NCBI GenBank assembly: GCA_003971905.1 | Contig: RSEE01000155.1 | Location: forward strand, 62,001 to 112,467 | DNA: 50,467 nt | Direction: 5' to 3' | Origin: Moniliella sp. 'wahieum' | Taxonomy: Eukaryota | Shown: positions 12,361 to 25,136 of the stretch, piece after piece | Numbering within the stretch: position 1 is the stretch's first letter | How the letters are laid out: each line of letters starts with the position of its first letter | Notes under the pieces: generated by a model | What the model saw: the letters and a program-made list of their open reading frames with translations, nothing else | Databases searched by the model: none | What the model was told of the DNA's origin: nothing | Translations under genes and position numbers: made by a program

Positions 12361-13380
12361 GGCTCGAGGCGCAGCAGGGGAAAGGAAGTGGCCAGAGCGT
12401 GTGCAGGCAGAAGACCAAGGGATGGGATGAAAGGGATGGAGCTGGCCAGGACAGACCAAAGGATGGGTGTCGGTGCAACATAAAATTGAGCGGAACCAGC
12501 GGAACCACGGCTGTCTCCATTGGGTTCGCAGCTGGCTAGTGTGCGCAATATTCAATTTACCTTGCACTACGGTTATGCGTGGGGTCTATCGAGCGAATGG
12601 GAGGAGGGACGAGAGGCGAGAACAGTCGGGTTCCCCACCTTTATCCCCTCATTCTATGAACGTGCATCAGGCCTGCTTCCCTGTTCCTTACTCTTGCATT
12701 CGAATAGAAGACAGAGGCGAAGATGAAGAAACAACGTGCCTATACCACAGTGAGCTCGCTCATTCACCGGGGTTTGTGCTGCTATAGAAGCCCAACGGCG
12801 CCGTCAACACATCAGAGTCATCTAGCTCGAACCATTCCCTTCCAAGCCAGGTGGAGCTCGAGTGGATAGTAAGAATGAGTGTGGTAGACATGTGGGTGAT
12901 GAACCATCAATCTCCACAAAAATGAGACTCTTCAGTAGCGAACAGCTTTTTTCTCTACTGGTGCTCAAAACTGGGGGCAATGTGGTGGTATAGTACCCTC
13001 GCGTCATCAGGCTCAGGACGCGAAGGAAGAGTGGCTTCTGAGTGCGTCCCTGGTACTTGGGGTTGTAAGGCAGTAGGGTGCGTCAGCTGCCTCTCAGATC
13101 TCACCCCCAAGGGCGCATGATCCAATTGGCAAAATAAACGCGCCAGCCTTTTTAATTCCCAAAAGAGAGGGGGGACAGACAGACTGCCCTGCTGCTGCTG
13201 CTAGAAAACGCGACGCGTTTCAATCGCCGCCATTCCTCGTCTCCGAAACAGCTGTGGTCCGACGTAGTGCGAGCCACCACCTGCCCCCACTACTGTTGCA
13301 ACCTCGCTACTGTCCAGCTTACCTCGCCCAGCCCCCTTTACCCACCACACTCCGCCCTGCCACACACCACCCTGGGCACA

Positions 13381-14486
13381 ATGTCAGCCCACCCTACCGA
13401 TGCTGCGCTGGCCCGCGAGATTGAGGCCATCATTCGCGCCGCCTGCATTGACGACCCAGTGCTGGAGCATTTTAGTTTGCGCGACGTGAAGCGCCAGCTG
13501 GTCGAGCGGCTGGATCTGGAGCCCGCGGTGCTCAAGGATCCTCACATTAAAGAGTTTGTCCGCGCCACCACCACGCGCATCGTGGAGCAAGCGCTGCAGC
13601 CCCCAGCGGAAGGAGACGGGCCTGTTGGCGAAAGCGAGCCGGAGCAAGTGCCTGCGAGTCAAGAAGAGGATGGGAATACGAGTGCTCCAGACGATCGGCC
13701 GACAAGCACATCGCCTGTTCCCACCCGACCCAGTGCCGAGGAGGAAGAATCCGAACCGGAGAAAGAGGATGTGCCCGCCGTTCCTATCGCTAAGGATGAA
13801 TCTGCGTCCGAGTCGGAGCTGGATTCGGAACCCGAGGAGAAAGAAGTGAAGCGGGCTCGGCGGGGCAAGAACCCAAAGTCCAAGAGTAAGGAGGGGACGA
13901 CGTCACGCAAGGCTAAGGGCAAGGGGGATAGTAAGGGTACAGAGGCGGAAGTGGCACGACTCAAAAGCTATGTCTTGGCTTGTGGCGTGCGCAAACGCTG
14001 GCAAACGTACTTTGGAGACCGGGGCGCAGGCGCGCCCAAGGGAGAGAAACCAGACGAGATGGTCCTCCGCAAACAGGTCAAGGTTCTCAAAGATTTGCTG
14101 GCTGAGCTTGGTATGGTATGTCCCTCCCCCCTCTTTTGGGTTGTGCAAACGGACTGGGGACAAGTTCTGACTGCGAGACCAGACGGGGAGACTGAGCAAA
14201 GACAAGGCGCAGAAAATCAAGGCACAGCGTGAATTCCAGTCTGAGCTGGCCGACATTGGGGTCGGGGTGGGTCCTGATGCCGGCTCGGAGGCTGGATCTG
14301 AGGCCGAGGACGGGGAGCAAGGATGCTGGCCTTCCAAGTCGAGCCGGGGATGGCTCGGACAGCGAGGCAGGGTCGATGACCCCACGCAAGCGCCGTACGC
14401 CGCACGTTGAGAACCCCGAAACACCCGAGGTGGTCCGCAAACGTCGCGCGTTCCGGCGTGCGCTGGCATCAGACTCGGACGAATAG
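13381..14486 (+). CDS. HIRIP3-like acidic chromatin protein (N-terminal DEK-C-like helices, conserved C-terminal domain)
   Basis: FSLRDVKRQLVERLDL N-terminal region, acidic/basic linker, VARLKSYVLACGVRKRW, LKDLLAELGM|TGRLSKDKAQKIKAQREFQSEL across intron 14116-14182 (GTATGT...CTGAC...CAG). Ends ALASDSDE*. Confidence 0.72.
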
Positions 14487-14588
14487 ACAGTGCTGTTGAC
14501 CTAACCGGCTATGAACGCAAGCAAAGGGACTATATGACGCAACCGAACCGAGCGAGCTAAACGTAGGAGAGCACGGTAGAGAATGAAA

Positions 14589-15503
14589 TCAAGACAAGTC
14601 TGGCTCCTGCTGCAGACCCTTGCGGATCTCAATCAGCAGGTTGGTCTGCCACCCGGCAAAGCGCTTGGTGCGATCAAAGTCCTGAACGATCGCATCAAAG
14701 TTTTCCAGGTCACCGGCCTCGGCAGCCTCGAGGACCGAATTCAGGAATCTGCCTTCCATAGTAGGGGGGAACGCCGGGTCTTGCTGGGCGTAAAACTCCA
14801 TCGCGCGTCCGCAGGCAACAAAGTCGGGAATGGCAAGGTAGCACAGACCCGCATTCAAGTAATAGTCCTTGACACTGTAGCGCGTCAGATTGGACTCGAG
14901 ACTCATGCTTGCCACCTTCTCCCATTGCTCGACCGCTTGGGATACTGTCCAGTCTCGGCAGCGAGCTGCCCTGCTTCGCGCAGACAGCCTGAGGCCGTGC
15001 TGCCACATCATATCAGCACATACTCTCACAGTGGGCAGGAAGGGGGGAGCACATACGCCTTTGCGCCTTCTTGAAGGTACCAGTCCGACGCTTGAAGGTA
15101 TGCAGCCAGAGCCTTCTCCGGGTCCTGGGCCTCGTTCTTGAGCAGCTCAGCGATCGCCTTTTGACGATCGGCCGCTTGGCGGAACTTGCCTTTGGCGAGC
15201 AAGAGGGACACAGTCTTGTCCAGCGCGGCCACCGCAAGTTCGGGACGGACCAGTTTAAAAACCTTGCTGGCCTCCCAGTAAGTCGTGCTGGCAAACTCTG
15301 GCTGGCCACTCCTCCCTCCGTTTCGGCGGCCTTCATGAAAGCGTGTCCGCTCTCCTCGTACCGCTTGTCCAGCCGAAACTTGTTCCCAGCCGCCTTGTAC
15401 AGTTCAGCGGCATCCTCCAGGCTGGACTGCTTGTTGCTGAACCATCCGGTGGACGACTTGACCTTCTTGTCCCCCATACCAGCATCTCTTCGGCACTAGA
15501 CAT
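14589..15503 (-). CDS. SEC17: alpha-SNAP vesicular fusion protein
   Basis: MSSAEEML..GDKKVKSSTGWF..LEDAAELYKAAGNKFRL, GKFRQAADRQKAIAE, LESNLTRYSVKDYYLNAGLCYLA, DPAFPPTMEG, ends EPDLS*. Intron 15000-15056 (GTATGT...CTGAT...CAG). Confidence 0.93.
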
Positions 15504-16189
15504 GATGGGCGTGTGGTGGTGAGGGTAGGGGTGGTGGCGGCGTGACGTGTGGGTGCCACGGCGCTCCGCTCTGCTGACGCTGACGCTCTTGCCCGACTGC
15601 CGCGCACCCCGCGGTGACGTAATGCGCAGATGACAACATTTCAAACGATTCGGGCTACTTTCAAGCTCAAGCTCTCTTACGAAATTGCATCTGCTGTGTA
15701 CTGGCGCAGATATATCCTAGCAACTTTTGTATTACGCCCACGGCGACATTCGATGCCGCGATCCTCTTTCTGGTCGAGCCCGGGTACTTGTGGGACGCCT
15801 CATTCGAGCAGGCGAAGGGGTTGGGAAATGGAGGACACAAGAGACATCAATTGTCGGCCATGCCAACAGGCGTGGGAAACAACATGCACGTAAGAGAGAT
15901 GAATCGTTGACTCGAGTTTGGGGGTGTGGTGCTGGGGTATGCATATACCATTGTGGCATAGAGTTGGAACAGGGGGGGGAAACATCAAGGGCGAATACAC
16001 GGGCAAGTAGTATGTGATGAGCCCGAGCTGCTCCTCGTGATAAACCGTGGGCCCAGTCAGCGGGGGCTGGAAAGCGTGGTGGTACATAATAGGCGAGAAG
16101 GAAACGAGAAAAGGTACCTTGGGGCCGGTCCCAGCGCGCGCCCATCGACAAATTCTGATGGGGGGGAAAGCGTGTGCAACCCAGCCGAG

Positions 16190-17280
16190 TCAGGGAGACA
16201 GGTTGGGAAACATAGCCAGGATGAGGTCCAGATGCTGTTGCTGGAGAAGCTCGCGCTTTACGTGCCGCGAGAGACAGTGTCGCTGCGCATCGTGCCGCCG
16301 AGCAAATGCATGCCTGCACCAAGGAATGGGACACTGCCAAGGTCGCTCCCGTTCGGGGTTGTGCACCTGCATGTGCTGGTGTAGGTTAGACACTCGCTCA
16401 AACCCCCAGTGGCAGTCAGGGCATTGGTAGAGCCGGTCCCGAGTTTTGTACGGGGCCGACCTGGTTCGCTGCAGACGGGTGCTGTTGCTCTGCTTGAGAG
16501 AAGTCTTGCGCTGGACAGAAGGCCTGTTAAGTACGGGCGATGCCGAGGTCGGAGTAGAGAGTACAGATAGAGGCGTCTCTTTAGGTGTAAATCCCAGAAG
16601 AGGAGAGCCAACGGCAGGGAGGCTTGGAGTGCCCTCCCCCATCCCCGGAGAGAGGGGGACGGGGGAAGGGAGCGGGCAGGACGTGCTGAGGGTAGAGTTG
16701 AGTAGCAAATCCCAAGTTGCCAGGGTAGGATCCTCATCCTTAACCTCGCGATTCAGCAAAAGCTGAGAGTCCACGTGTACAGGTTCAGTGACCCACGGAA
16801 ACGAAACATCGAGTGCCGCCAGCTCATCCGACAGCTGCGCCACACTTGCTGGAACTGGGTGATTATACCCTGTCAGCGGCACAGGATACGAGGGGGATGC
16901 GGAGGACGTGTGGGACACAGAACAAAGTGGGTTGAGATTCGTGCCCGCAACGGGAAGAGGGCTATTCGTGGGCGACGTGGGAGCTGCGAGCATCAGCGGA
17001 CTGCCCAGCAGCGCTGCATGTGCAGGCAGCCCCGCCTTGGCACTCTCCGGAGATAGAAGAAAGGGAGTAATTATGGGGCTAAACCCTTCTAGAGCGTGTG
17101 GCTGCACCATAGCGGGCATCGATGTTGACAGGGCCGAAGAGGACAGGACGGGCCAGGCCTGTGAGTCGGCAGGAATCGTGTCGACGGACTCTGGAGTTGT
17201 TCCTCCTGTTCCAAGGGCATGTCGGGGAAGAGGGTGGACATGAGGTTGTCTTCCAGCAGAAAGGGGTGGGGTTGAGCCAT
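16190..17280 (-). CDS. C2H2 zinc-finger transcription factor (two C-terminal fingers)
   Basis: YQCPDCHWGFERVSNLHQHMQVH and WQCPIPWCRHAFARRHDAQRHCLSRH in ORF 16190-17497, preceded by an S/P-rich region. Probable ATG 17280 (MAQPHPFLLED) after a poly-C leader needs one frameshift. Confidence 0.82.
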
Positions 17281-18083
17281 GTTGGGAGGAGGAGAGGGGG
17301 GGGAGGGGGGGGGGGGGGGGAGCATGCGTCTGAGGGCCAATGCAGCCAAGGTTATTTAACTTGGTCTGGCCAAAGCCTGACTCACGTTGCGGTGTGTTGA
17401 CGCTGACCGATGACACAGTGCTGGCCGGTGATCTGGCTGCAACGACGTACACACAGCCCCCATGCCTAACGACGCGCGAGTCCGACGACCAAAGCACGAC
17501 AGCAGTGTGTGGGGTAAGAGGCCGGCTAGGCCAGCCAGCCAGCCTGGCCAGCCGGGCTGCCCAATTTCAATGCGGGGCTTGTCGCGGCAGGGCGGAGTTG
17601 TTGCTGTACGGCACCGTAGACGCGCCCGAGATTGTCGGAGGTATCTCTGGCTCAGAGTCCGACCGGCCTAGCGGATAACCACCTCTTCTGTTCGTCTCGT
17701 CATGAACCATTTCTATCAGTGCTGGCCTATGCAACCTGTGGAATATATCCAAAATGCTCAGCAAGGCTGCGGTGGATTGGAACCACTCGGCGATATAAAA
17801 AGTAACTCCCGACAGTATCCGTGCCAGGTGCCGAGGGTAGCCTATATGGGAACGGGGCGTACGGATGGCAAGCCGAGCAATCCAGCTGAACTGCTTTGCG
17901 GATGATGGCTAAGAACGGGCTCTATCATGATATGGCGAGCGACGGAGGTTCTCGGGTAGCGCTCTTCTAGAACGACTGGGCGCAAGGAAAAGCTCGCGCT
18001 GCCAAGCTCACATGTTTCCGTCCGCGCGCATGCGTCATGCCGAAGAGGCCGGTTACTTGTTGAAGGAAGAGTATTAGCTTCAG

Positions 18084-18775
18084 GTTGAAACTTGAAGCTT
18101 GCTTGAAGCTTGACGCCTCCGCGCCTCAGCCCGGCTCAGCCCGGCTCAGCACTGCCTGGGCACCTCAGTCTACGTGAACGTTGAACACCTGAGCCTGAGG
18201 GCTTGAGGCCTGAGGGTCTGAGGTCCCAGATCCTCAGACGCAGTCAGAAGCAGCCGCGATTAGATTTTGATTAGATACGTACCTGAAACACCACGGCTTG
18301 GAGCGAAGCTACTAACTAGTAACTAGCAACGTGTGACATGTGACATGCGACATGTGACATGTGGGCGGTGACTAGGTGACTGGGACTTTTCGCCACGCCT
18401 GCCCCAGCAGGCCACAGCAGTGCTCTACAGCACTGCCACAACGTCATAGGCTAGCTTTTAAAGCTTGAAGACCCAGGGCCTACGCCGTCCTACGCCGTCC
18501 TACGCCGTCCTACGCCGTCCTACGCCGTCCTACTGTCTGCGCTCCACCACAGCAATCGCCTGCCCCCCGACGGGTGGGGGACCAATTACCGACCAGTGAC
18601 TAGAATGGCGTTTGATACACCGTGGCTGCGGAATGCGGCAGAATGCGGCTGTGCTCGGCGCTTACACTTTGGACGCGAGGACTCTCGCCATCGATCCCCT
18701 CGATCGATCCAACCGAGTACTGGCTAAGTACAGAGTACCGAGTGTCAAACGTTAAACGTTAAATACGTTAAATGT
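18084..18775. repeat. Dense cluster of short tandem duplications
   Basis: CTTGAAG units 18084-18113, (CTCAGCCCGG)x2.6 18125-18150, CCTGAG units 18188-18223, TAACTAG 18309-18330, (TGTGACA)x4.5 18332-18363, AAACGTT 18747-18774. Confidence 0.85.
18479..18533. repeat. 10-bp minisatellite (CCTACGCCGT) x5.5
   Basis: Five perfect copies plus CCTAC, read directly. Confidence 0.97.
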
Positions 18776-18959
18776 CGATGCCTCTGAGCACCTGTGACAT
18801 CACTTCTCATCGGAGCCGCCGACGACCCGCTCAAGGCTGTGCGTTATGCTCTGACGCTCACAGGGCCTCCCTAACCCCCACACCCCGTCTCGTAACCAGG
18901 CCAGCCCATTGAGGCAATGCGCTCGAGCGGTTAAGGGGATTGGGGAGAATCCTCTCTCG

Positions 18960-19860
18960 TCACCATGTGGGAGGCGAGCAAGGGAAGGGAGGAGATGGTG
19001 TGGATGCAGTCAGGGGGAGGCCGCCCGTGGTATGCTGGCTCATACGGAGGGGGTTCGAGAAAGCTTCCAACTCCTGATACCCCCTCGTGCTGTCATACTG
19101 GGAGTGTTGGAACTGGTGGAGTCCGCCCACGCTCGAAAGATAGCTGTTCACTGTGGATTTAGAGAAACCCTATTTCAACCCCTTGGTCGATGATACGAAG
19201 GGTTGGGGTTCTTCAAATAAGCCATGTTCACTTGCCGCTCCAGTTCGAGGAGATTGGCTGGTTCTCAGACCGCCTTTGTTTGTTGGGATCCGATTCGCTT
19301 CTCTCCCACCGTTTTCGTGTGCTGGACTCTTTCGGCTTGTAAACCCAGGAAGGGAGGTCCATGCCCGTAAGCTGCCCAGACGCTATGCGCTTGTGGAACG
19401 ATTCGCCCAGATAATCTGTGAGCGGACCGTCGTTTTCGATCACTGCCCTTGTAACATTGCCAGGTGATGATGATTAGTGAGGGTCCAGCAGGCATACGGG
19501 TGTACTATCAACATTCGATCAGAAAGGGAAACAAAGGTAGAGCGACATGACCAGCATGAAGAGAGAGACCTACCGATGCTCAAACTCGGCCTTGCGCTAC
19601 ACCACATCGTCATACGTAGACAGCGACGGACGCCCAAAAGAGTGTTCCCTTTGGAGGAAGGACTCCATGAAGGCACGCGCCTTGGACCGGTAAGCCTGCA
19701 TAGTGTGAGGATTGGCGACGGCGAGAGGTGAGAGGCTGTTTGATCCGAATAGCTTCACTTGCCCTGTCACTTTCCCTTCAGCTTGCTGAAGGACTTGTGG
19801 CTGACCGCCCTGCCTTTTTGTACACCTTGAAGTTCATGGTCCATCTCTCGTGCTGCCCAT
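18960..19860 (-). CDS. Possible orphan or degenerate gene, product unknown
   Basis: Protein-like segments MQAYRSKARAFMESFLQREHSF..., a GTAGGT donor near 19570 with ACTAAT branch and CAG, then ORFs 19228-19443 and 18960-19151. In-frame TAG at 19599-19597. No recognised motif. Confidence 0.3.
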
Positions 19861-20373
19861 AGCGTTCCCTAGGCACATTGTAGCACCACAAGGCTAATAC
19901 ATTACACCCCCTCTGTCTCTGTTTGGCAATTAAAGGTGCCATTGGCGGTTATAATGTGCCGTTTGAAGAAAACGCAAAGCCTGTCTGACCGCTCCGGGCC
20001 TGAGCCCCCTCTTCGCCCCTCCCAGACAGGCGAGTCGAACGAATGCGCGAACCAGCCCTATAGGTAATGCCCCGTACACAACTGTGTGATCAGTCATTGG
20101 CCTTTATGATACGTGTTCTCTGGCATGCCTCTCTCATCAAGATTACTATTAGCACCCGAAGACTGGTTGGGCTCTAGCCCAAGGAAAGCTCGCGCCAGTT
20201 CAGCAGTTACTAGTTACTAGCACTAGTCGGCCTACAGTAGAGTCCGGACGGTGCTATGTTTCAAGTAACCAGCTGTCTGCCTGACGCTCGTGGGATCACA
20301 AACGCTCCTCTTCCAAACGATCCATATCTTGCACGAAATAATGTGGGAAACGGAATGCGTACCAACCGCTTTG

Positions 20374-21470
20374 CTACGCCCCCCGCGCCGGCGGCTGCCA
20401 CTCGTTCCGTGGCCGGCTGGCAGCGGGCACAGGAGCAAGTGCATCCGAGGTGGTGAAGTACGGGTGGCGGAGAGCCTCTTCCGCGCTCAGCCGCTGGGTC
20501 GGATCAAACTTGAGCAGCTTTTCCAGTAGATCAATGGCCAGTGGATGGGCCTTGCGGAAAAGTTGCGTAAACGGCACGGGCGCGTGTCTCGTAAAGTTCC
20601 GTAGCGAGCTCTGGATCTCCGGCTGCCGGTATTCACGCATCGGCGTCAGTAGTCTATCCTCTGCTCGCAGAACCTTATGGGTTTGTACCAATGTCCAATG
20701 TCCAACGTACCGTATCATGGATCATCCTCCGGATCGTAGTCTCATCCGGGGTGCCGAGGATGTTGAAGATGTGCTGAAGCTGGTCGTTGTTGTCCCGTCC
20801 TTGGAAGAGCGGGTAGCCAGTAATCATTTCAGCAAAGATGCACCCAGCCGACCAAATGTCAATCGAGGTGGAGTAGGTACGCGAGCCCAGCAAGACATCG
20901 GGTGCACGGTACCAGAGCGTGACCACCTCATTGCTAAACGTATTGACAGGGATGCCAAATGCACGGGCCAGACCAAAGTCAGCCAACTTGAGTTGGCCCG
21001 CCTTGTTGATCAGCAAATTCTGTGGTTTGAGGTCCGGTGCAACACGCGGTTTTCATGACAGAATGCAGTCCCACGTAAGAGCTGGAACATAAAGTTGCGC
21101 ACGACGGCGGGATCAAGCGCACCATGATCTCCATGCAGGTCCATGTACTTTTTCAAATCGAGATCCATAAACTCAAACACGAGCATCAGCTTGGTCTCGG
21201 TATGGATGACATCGTAGAGTCGAAGGATATTGGGGTGCCGCAGCTCCTTCATCAGACTGATCTCGCGAATGGCAGTGGAGGGTGTACCTTCCTCTGCGTC
21301 CAAGTGGATCTCTTTGAGCGCCACAATCTCCCCTGTCCGCCGGGAACGGCCCTTGTACACCGTCGCGTACGTGCCCTCACCCAGCTTCTCCAGTTCTGCA
21401 AAGGGTCAGCGTGCAGGGAGAGAAGGCGTGGGAGGCGGAGGAGATTAGGGGACGCACGGATGTAGTTCAT
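20374..21470 (-). CDS. PHO85: Cyclin-dependent kinase Pho85
   Basis: [20 protein letters not shown] (intron 21396-21457), [69 protein letters not shown]. Second intron 20623-20710. One G missing in the HRD codons near 21035. Confidence 0.96.
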
Positions 21471-21850
21471 GGCGAAGGTGGTGGTGGAGTCAAGACCAAG
21501 GCCAATTCGAGCTTCCACAGCTTCAAGTGGAGCTAGCCAGGCCACTGGTGACAATCGGGGGCTGATTACATAACCCAGCGCACGTACCCCCTCCAAGGAA
21601 TTATGATACTGGCTGCAGGTAGGACGTTGACCGGTGACCTCACCACTACTGACAGAGGTCTCTTTACCATCACTTTCACCTCCCCTTGTGGTCGGCGAGG
21701 GGGGACGTGGGACGCTCCACAAGTGCTACGGCGAAACAAGGCTAGCGTATTGAAAGTCTGGTCGGCTGATGCAGATATCTCATGATAATTGGCTTTTGGA
21801 GTGCTCTAAGCACGAGAGACGAGTGACTAGTGAGGCTGGCTGTTCGCAGT

Positions 21851-24800
21851 TCACTTCTTCTTGCCGCCCTTGCCCTTGACCACCTTGAACCCACCGAATG
21901 TGTCGGCAGAAGGGCGGACAACAGGGATGCGCGAATGGTCCGGCCCGGTGCGCCCCACCAAACCAGCGGTCGCACCAAGAGGCGGTCCCGTGTAGGCCTG
22001 CTTCTTGCCCTGAGCGGGGCCCTGAGGAGCAGGCGAGGCGACAGGCTGGGCCAGGTCCATCTTACGCTTCGCAACGAAGTCAGCGGCAAAGCGGCGTCCA
22101 TCGAGCGTAGACGACGATGCGTACACCGTCTCGGCAATAATCTCCATCGTCTCAGGGGTAGCATCAACCGGGAAAGAAAGCAGCACCTCGATAAGTCGTC
22201 CAGGCGGGCACTGTGCAGGCCACCACGCAGCTGCTCCTTCAGGTGTGCAATGAACTCGGGCGACGCAGCCGAAGCGGGCGGCGCACGACCGGCTTAGCCG
22301 GGATCGGCACGCGGGCAGGGGGCATCTTCTTCACTGCAGGGGCAGGCTTCCCCTGGGCTCCGACCACGGCCCATCCCGCCGCGGGCGCGGGCGCTGCAAC
22401 AGTCGTGGGCTTGCTAAGAGGAAGGCGGACAGGCTGCTGCACCTGCTGGGCCTGGGACTTTTTCTTTTCCTCCTCCTGAATTTCCGACAGGGTCGGTTTC
22501 TTGCCCTTGTTGGGCGTGGTCCAAGCTGTGGTAGTCGCGCGCACAGGCTCACTCGGAGCCGAAGCCAGGCCCCATGACCGGTTGAGGATCGGCAGAGTCT
22601 GCTGAGGACGAAGCCGCACCGCAACACCAGCAGGCGCCTTACGCCGTGCCTCAGCCGCCTTGAGTTCAGCAGCTTGGATCTCGCGCAAACTCAAGCCTGA
22701 GGGCGTACGTTTCTCCTCCGAGGCCCAGGGCGCCGGCTTGGCCGGCAGCGATGCTGACGCCGCAACCGATCCCAATGGAGACCCCACGGGAGACTCTTCC
22801 TCAACGGGAAGCGTGCCGGTTGCACGTTTGAACTCCTCCTCGGTCAGAATCGACAAGTTGCCTGGCAAGTAGCTTGATTTCGTCGGCACCGACACAGGCT
22901 CAGGTTCAGCCTGTTTCTTTCCCCGTTTCGTCACAGGTTGCATAGGTTCCTGTTCCTCCTGCTCCTTTTCATCCAAAGCGGGGACGGACGCGGGCACGGC
23001 CGTAGCGGCAGAAACAGGAGCAGGCGCAGGAGCAGGCGCAGGCGTGACGGCAGACACCGTCACGGGCGAAGATACAGGAGCGTCGGCAGCAGGCTTCGAA
23101 GCTGGAACAGCAGCAGGGGCAGCAGGGGCGGAACTGGCACAGAAGTTGGCGCAGAAACCGGGACAGAGGGCGAGGCAGGGGGCGAGACGATGTGCGCAGA
23201 GGGGGCTGGGGCCGGGGCTGGGCCGGGGCAGGGGCCGGAGCAGGGGCAGGGCAGGGGCAGGGGCCGGGGCCGGAACCGGAATAGCAGCCGGAACAGCAGC
23301 CAGAGCAGGTGCAGGTGTGGACGCCTTTCCGGAAGCAGGCACGGGAGCGGGTGCAGGCGGAGAGGGCGAGGCAAGTGTAGGTTCGGGCGCGGCCTCTGGC
23401 GCCGGGATTGGAGTGGCTGCGATGGCAGCAGCGCCGGGTGCAGGGGGGAAAGAGTAGAGACCGGGGCAGATTCTTGCCCCGGTTCGACGGTGAAAGCGGG
23501 AGTGGGGGCAGTAGCTTGGGCAGGCGGGCTATGCGAGCGCCGCGGGGTGCCAATAGGATTCGGGGTAGAGGGCGATTGGAACGAAGGCTCCCACATTGCG
23601 TTGGGCACAGGGACCGATGGGCTTGCACCAGACCAGTCGACAGGGAAACCAAGGTCTTGGCCAAGGGGGAAACCAGGCTGAACCGAAGGGGCAGGAGGGA
23701 CCGAAGGGATCGAGGGGATCGAGGGAACCGAGGGAACCGAGGGCCAGGCCCCCCATTGCTGCTGGGGGAAGGAAGGCTGACCCATAAAGGCATGCTGGGG
23801 CCCAAGAACCTGCTGGAACTGGTGTTGTTGACGCGCCATAAACTCTTGTTCCATTCGCAGGCGGTCTTCCAGAGAAAGGGAGGGACTCTGCAACGGGTTG
23901 AAATGCACTGGCGCAGGGAAGAGGGACGCCAAGGGATCAGAGGGAGGTTGGGGTTGGGCACCAGGCCACGATTCCTGAGGGATATACTCAGGCCCTCCTC
24001 CTCCTCCTCCAATGGGCACATGTGCTGCCACCGGTTTGGTGGGCGGCGGCACAAGGAATGGCTGGGATCTGTTCCCAACCAGTTCCATGTGCTCACTCAG
24101 CGGACGCAGCACCGTCTCTTCCGCGCGGCGGAGGAGTAAGGTGGGTTGGAAGAACATCTGGTCGAACCAACTCTGCATCGAAAGCGCATCAAAGGGACCC
24201 TGCAGATTGCCCCCATCATCCTGGTAAAACCACATGGCTGAAGCAGGATTCCACTCAGGCGCTGCGGGGGAGCAGCGGAAGCAGAGGGGGGGGTGCCTCC
24301 CGCGTCATGGGAGGGTCATCCTCCAAGTTCAGGCTTGCAAGGACAGTGTTGTCAATCTCGTCCTGGTCGGGCGGCTTGTTCTCTGCCTTGCCACGGGGGA
24401 AGAGCGAGGGCTTCGCACGCCGGCCAAATCCACCGCTGTGGTCAGGCGTTGGACCCATCGGGCCTTCCCCAGGCAGCCGATCGCGCTTCGTCTTCGCTGC
24501 CCAGGCCGATCCCGATACACCAGGCGAGCCCGGGGAACGGCTGACCAAGCGGGACGAACGCCACGACGGTGCGTTGATGGGATCGTCAGCTGTAGGAAGA
24601 GGGGTGAGGGTTAGGATGGCTGATTTCACGTCCAAAAACATAAGAGGGGCAACCAAGACGAACCTTTCTCCTCTCGACGAGTTCGGCCTATCTGCGCGCC
24701 AAGTACGCCTTGGAACCGCGGCTTGTCCTCGCCGAGGCGGGGGCGGGGGCGCGCAGGAGGATCGGCGGGAGGCGGCGGGGACGCTCTCCCACGCGCGTTG

Positions 24801-25136
24801 AGGCCGCGGGCTGGTTCAGGCGGTACGCTTGGGCGGGTGCTTCGGCGCCACTGGCAGCATCACCGGCCTCGGACGAATCCTCGCGCCCGAGCATGTACAT
24901 GCTGAGTGCAGGGATTTTGGGGTCGGACGCGCTGGTTGGATGTGCGCTGGTGGCAAGGGCAGCAGCGGCGGCAGCGGCGGCGGCAGCGGCAGCAGCAGCG
25001 GGGGTCGAAGCGGGCGAAGGCGGGGTCTGGGCGGCGCGGCGGCGGCGGCAAAGGACATGCCGGACGTCGGGGAGCGCTTCTGGGGCGCTTTGCGCATCCA
25101 CTCGGGGCCGAACTGAAGCGAGCTGGAGGAGGACAT
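21851..25136 (-). CDS. GYF-domain protein (Smy2/Syh1/GIGYF-like translational repressor adaptor)
   Basis: N-terminal LQFGPEWMRK, GYF domain WFYQDDGGNLQGPFDALSMQSWFDQMFFQPTLLLRR (~24130-24235), SLREIQ and TLSEIQEEE motifs, C-terminal LLSFP..IIAETVYASSSTLDGRRFAADFVAKRKMD..FKVVKGKGGKKK*. Several frameshifts. Confidence 0.88.

Noticed and set aside
18479..18533. CRISPR-like array
   Set aside because: Head-to-tail 10-mers with no spacers, no cas genes, and a eukaryotic context.
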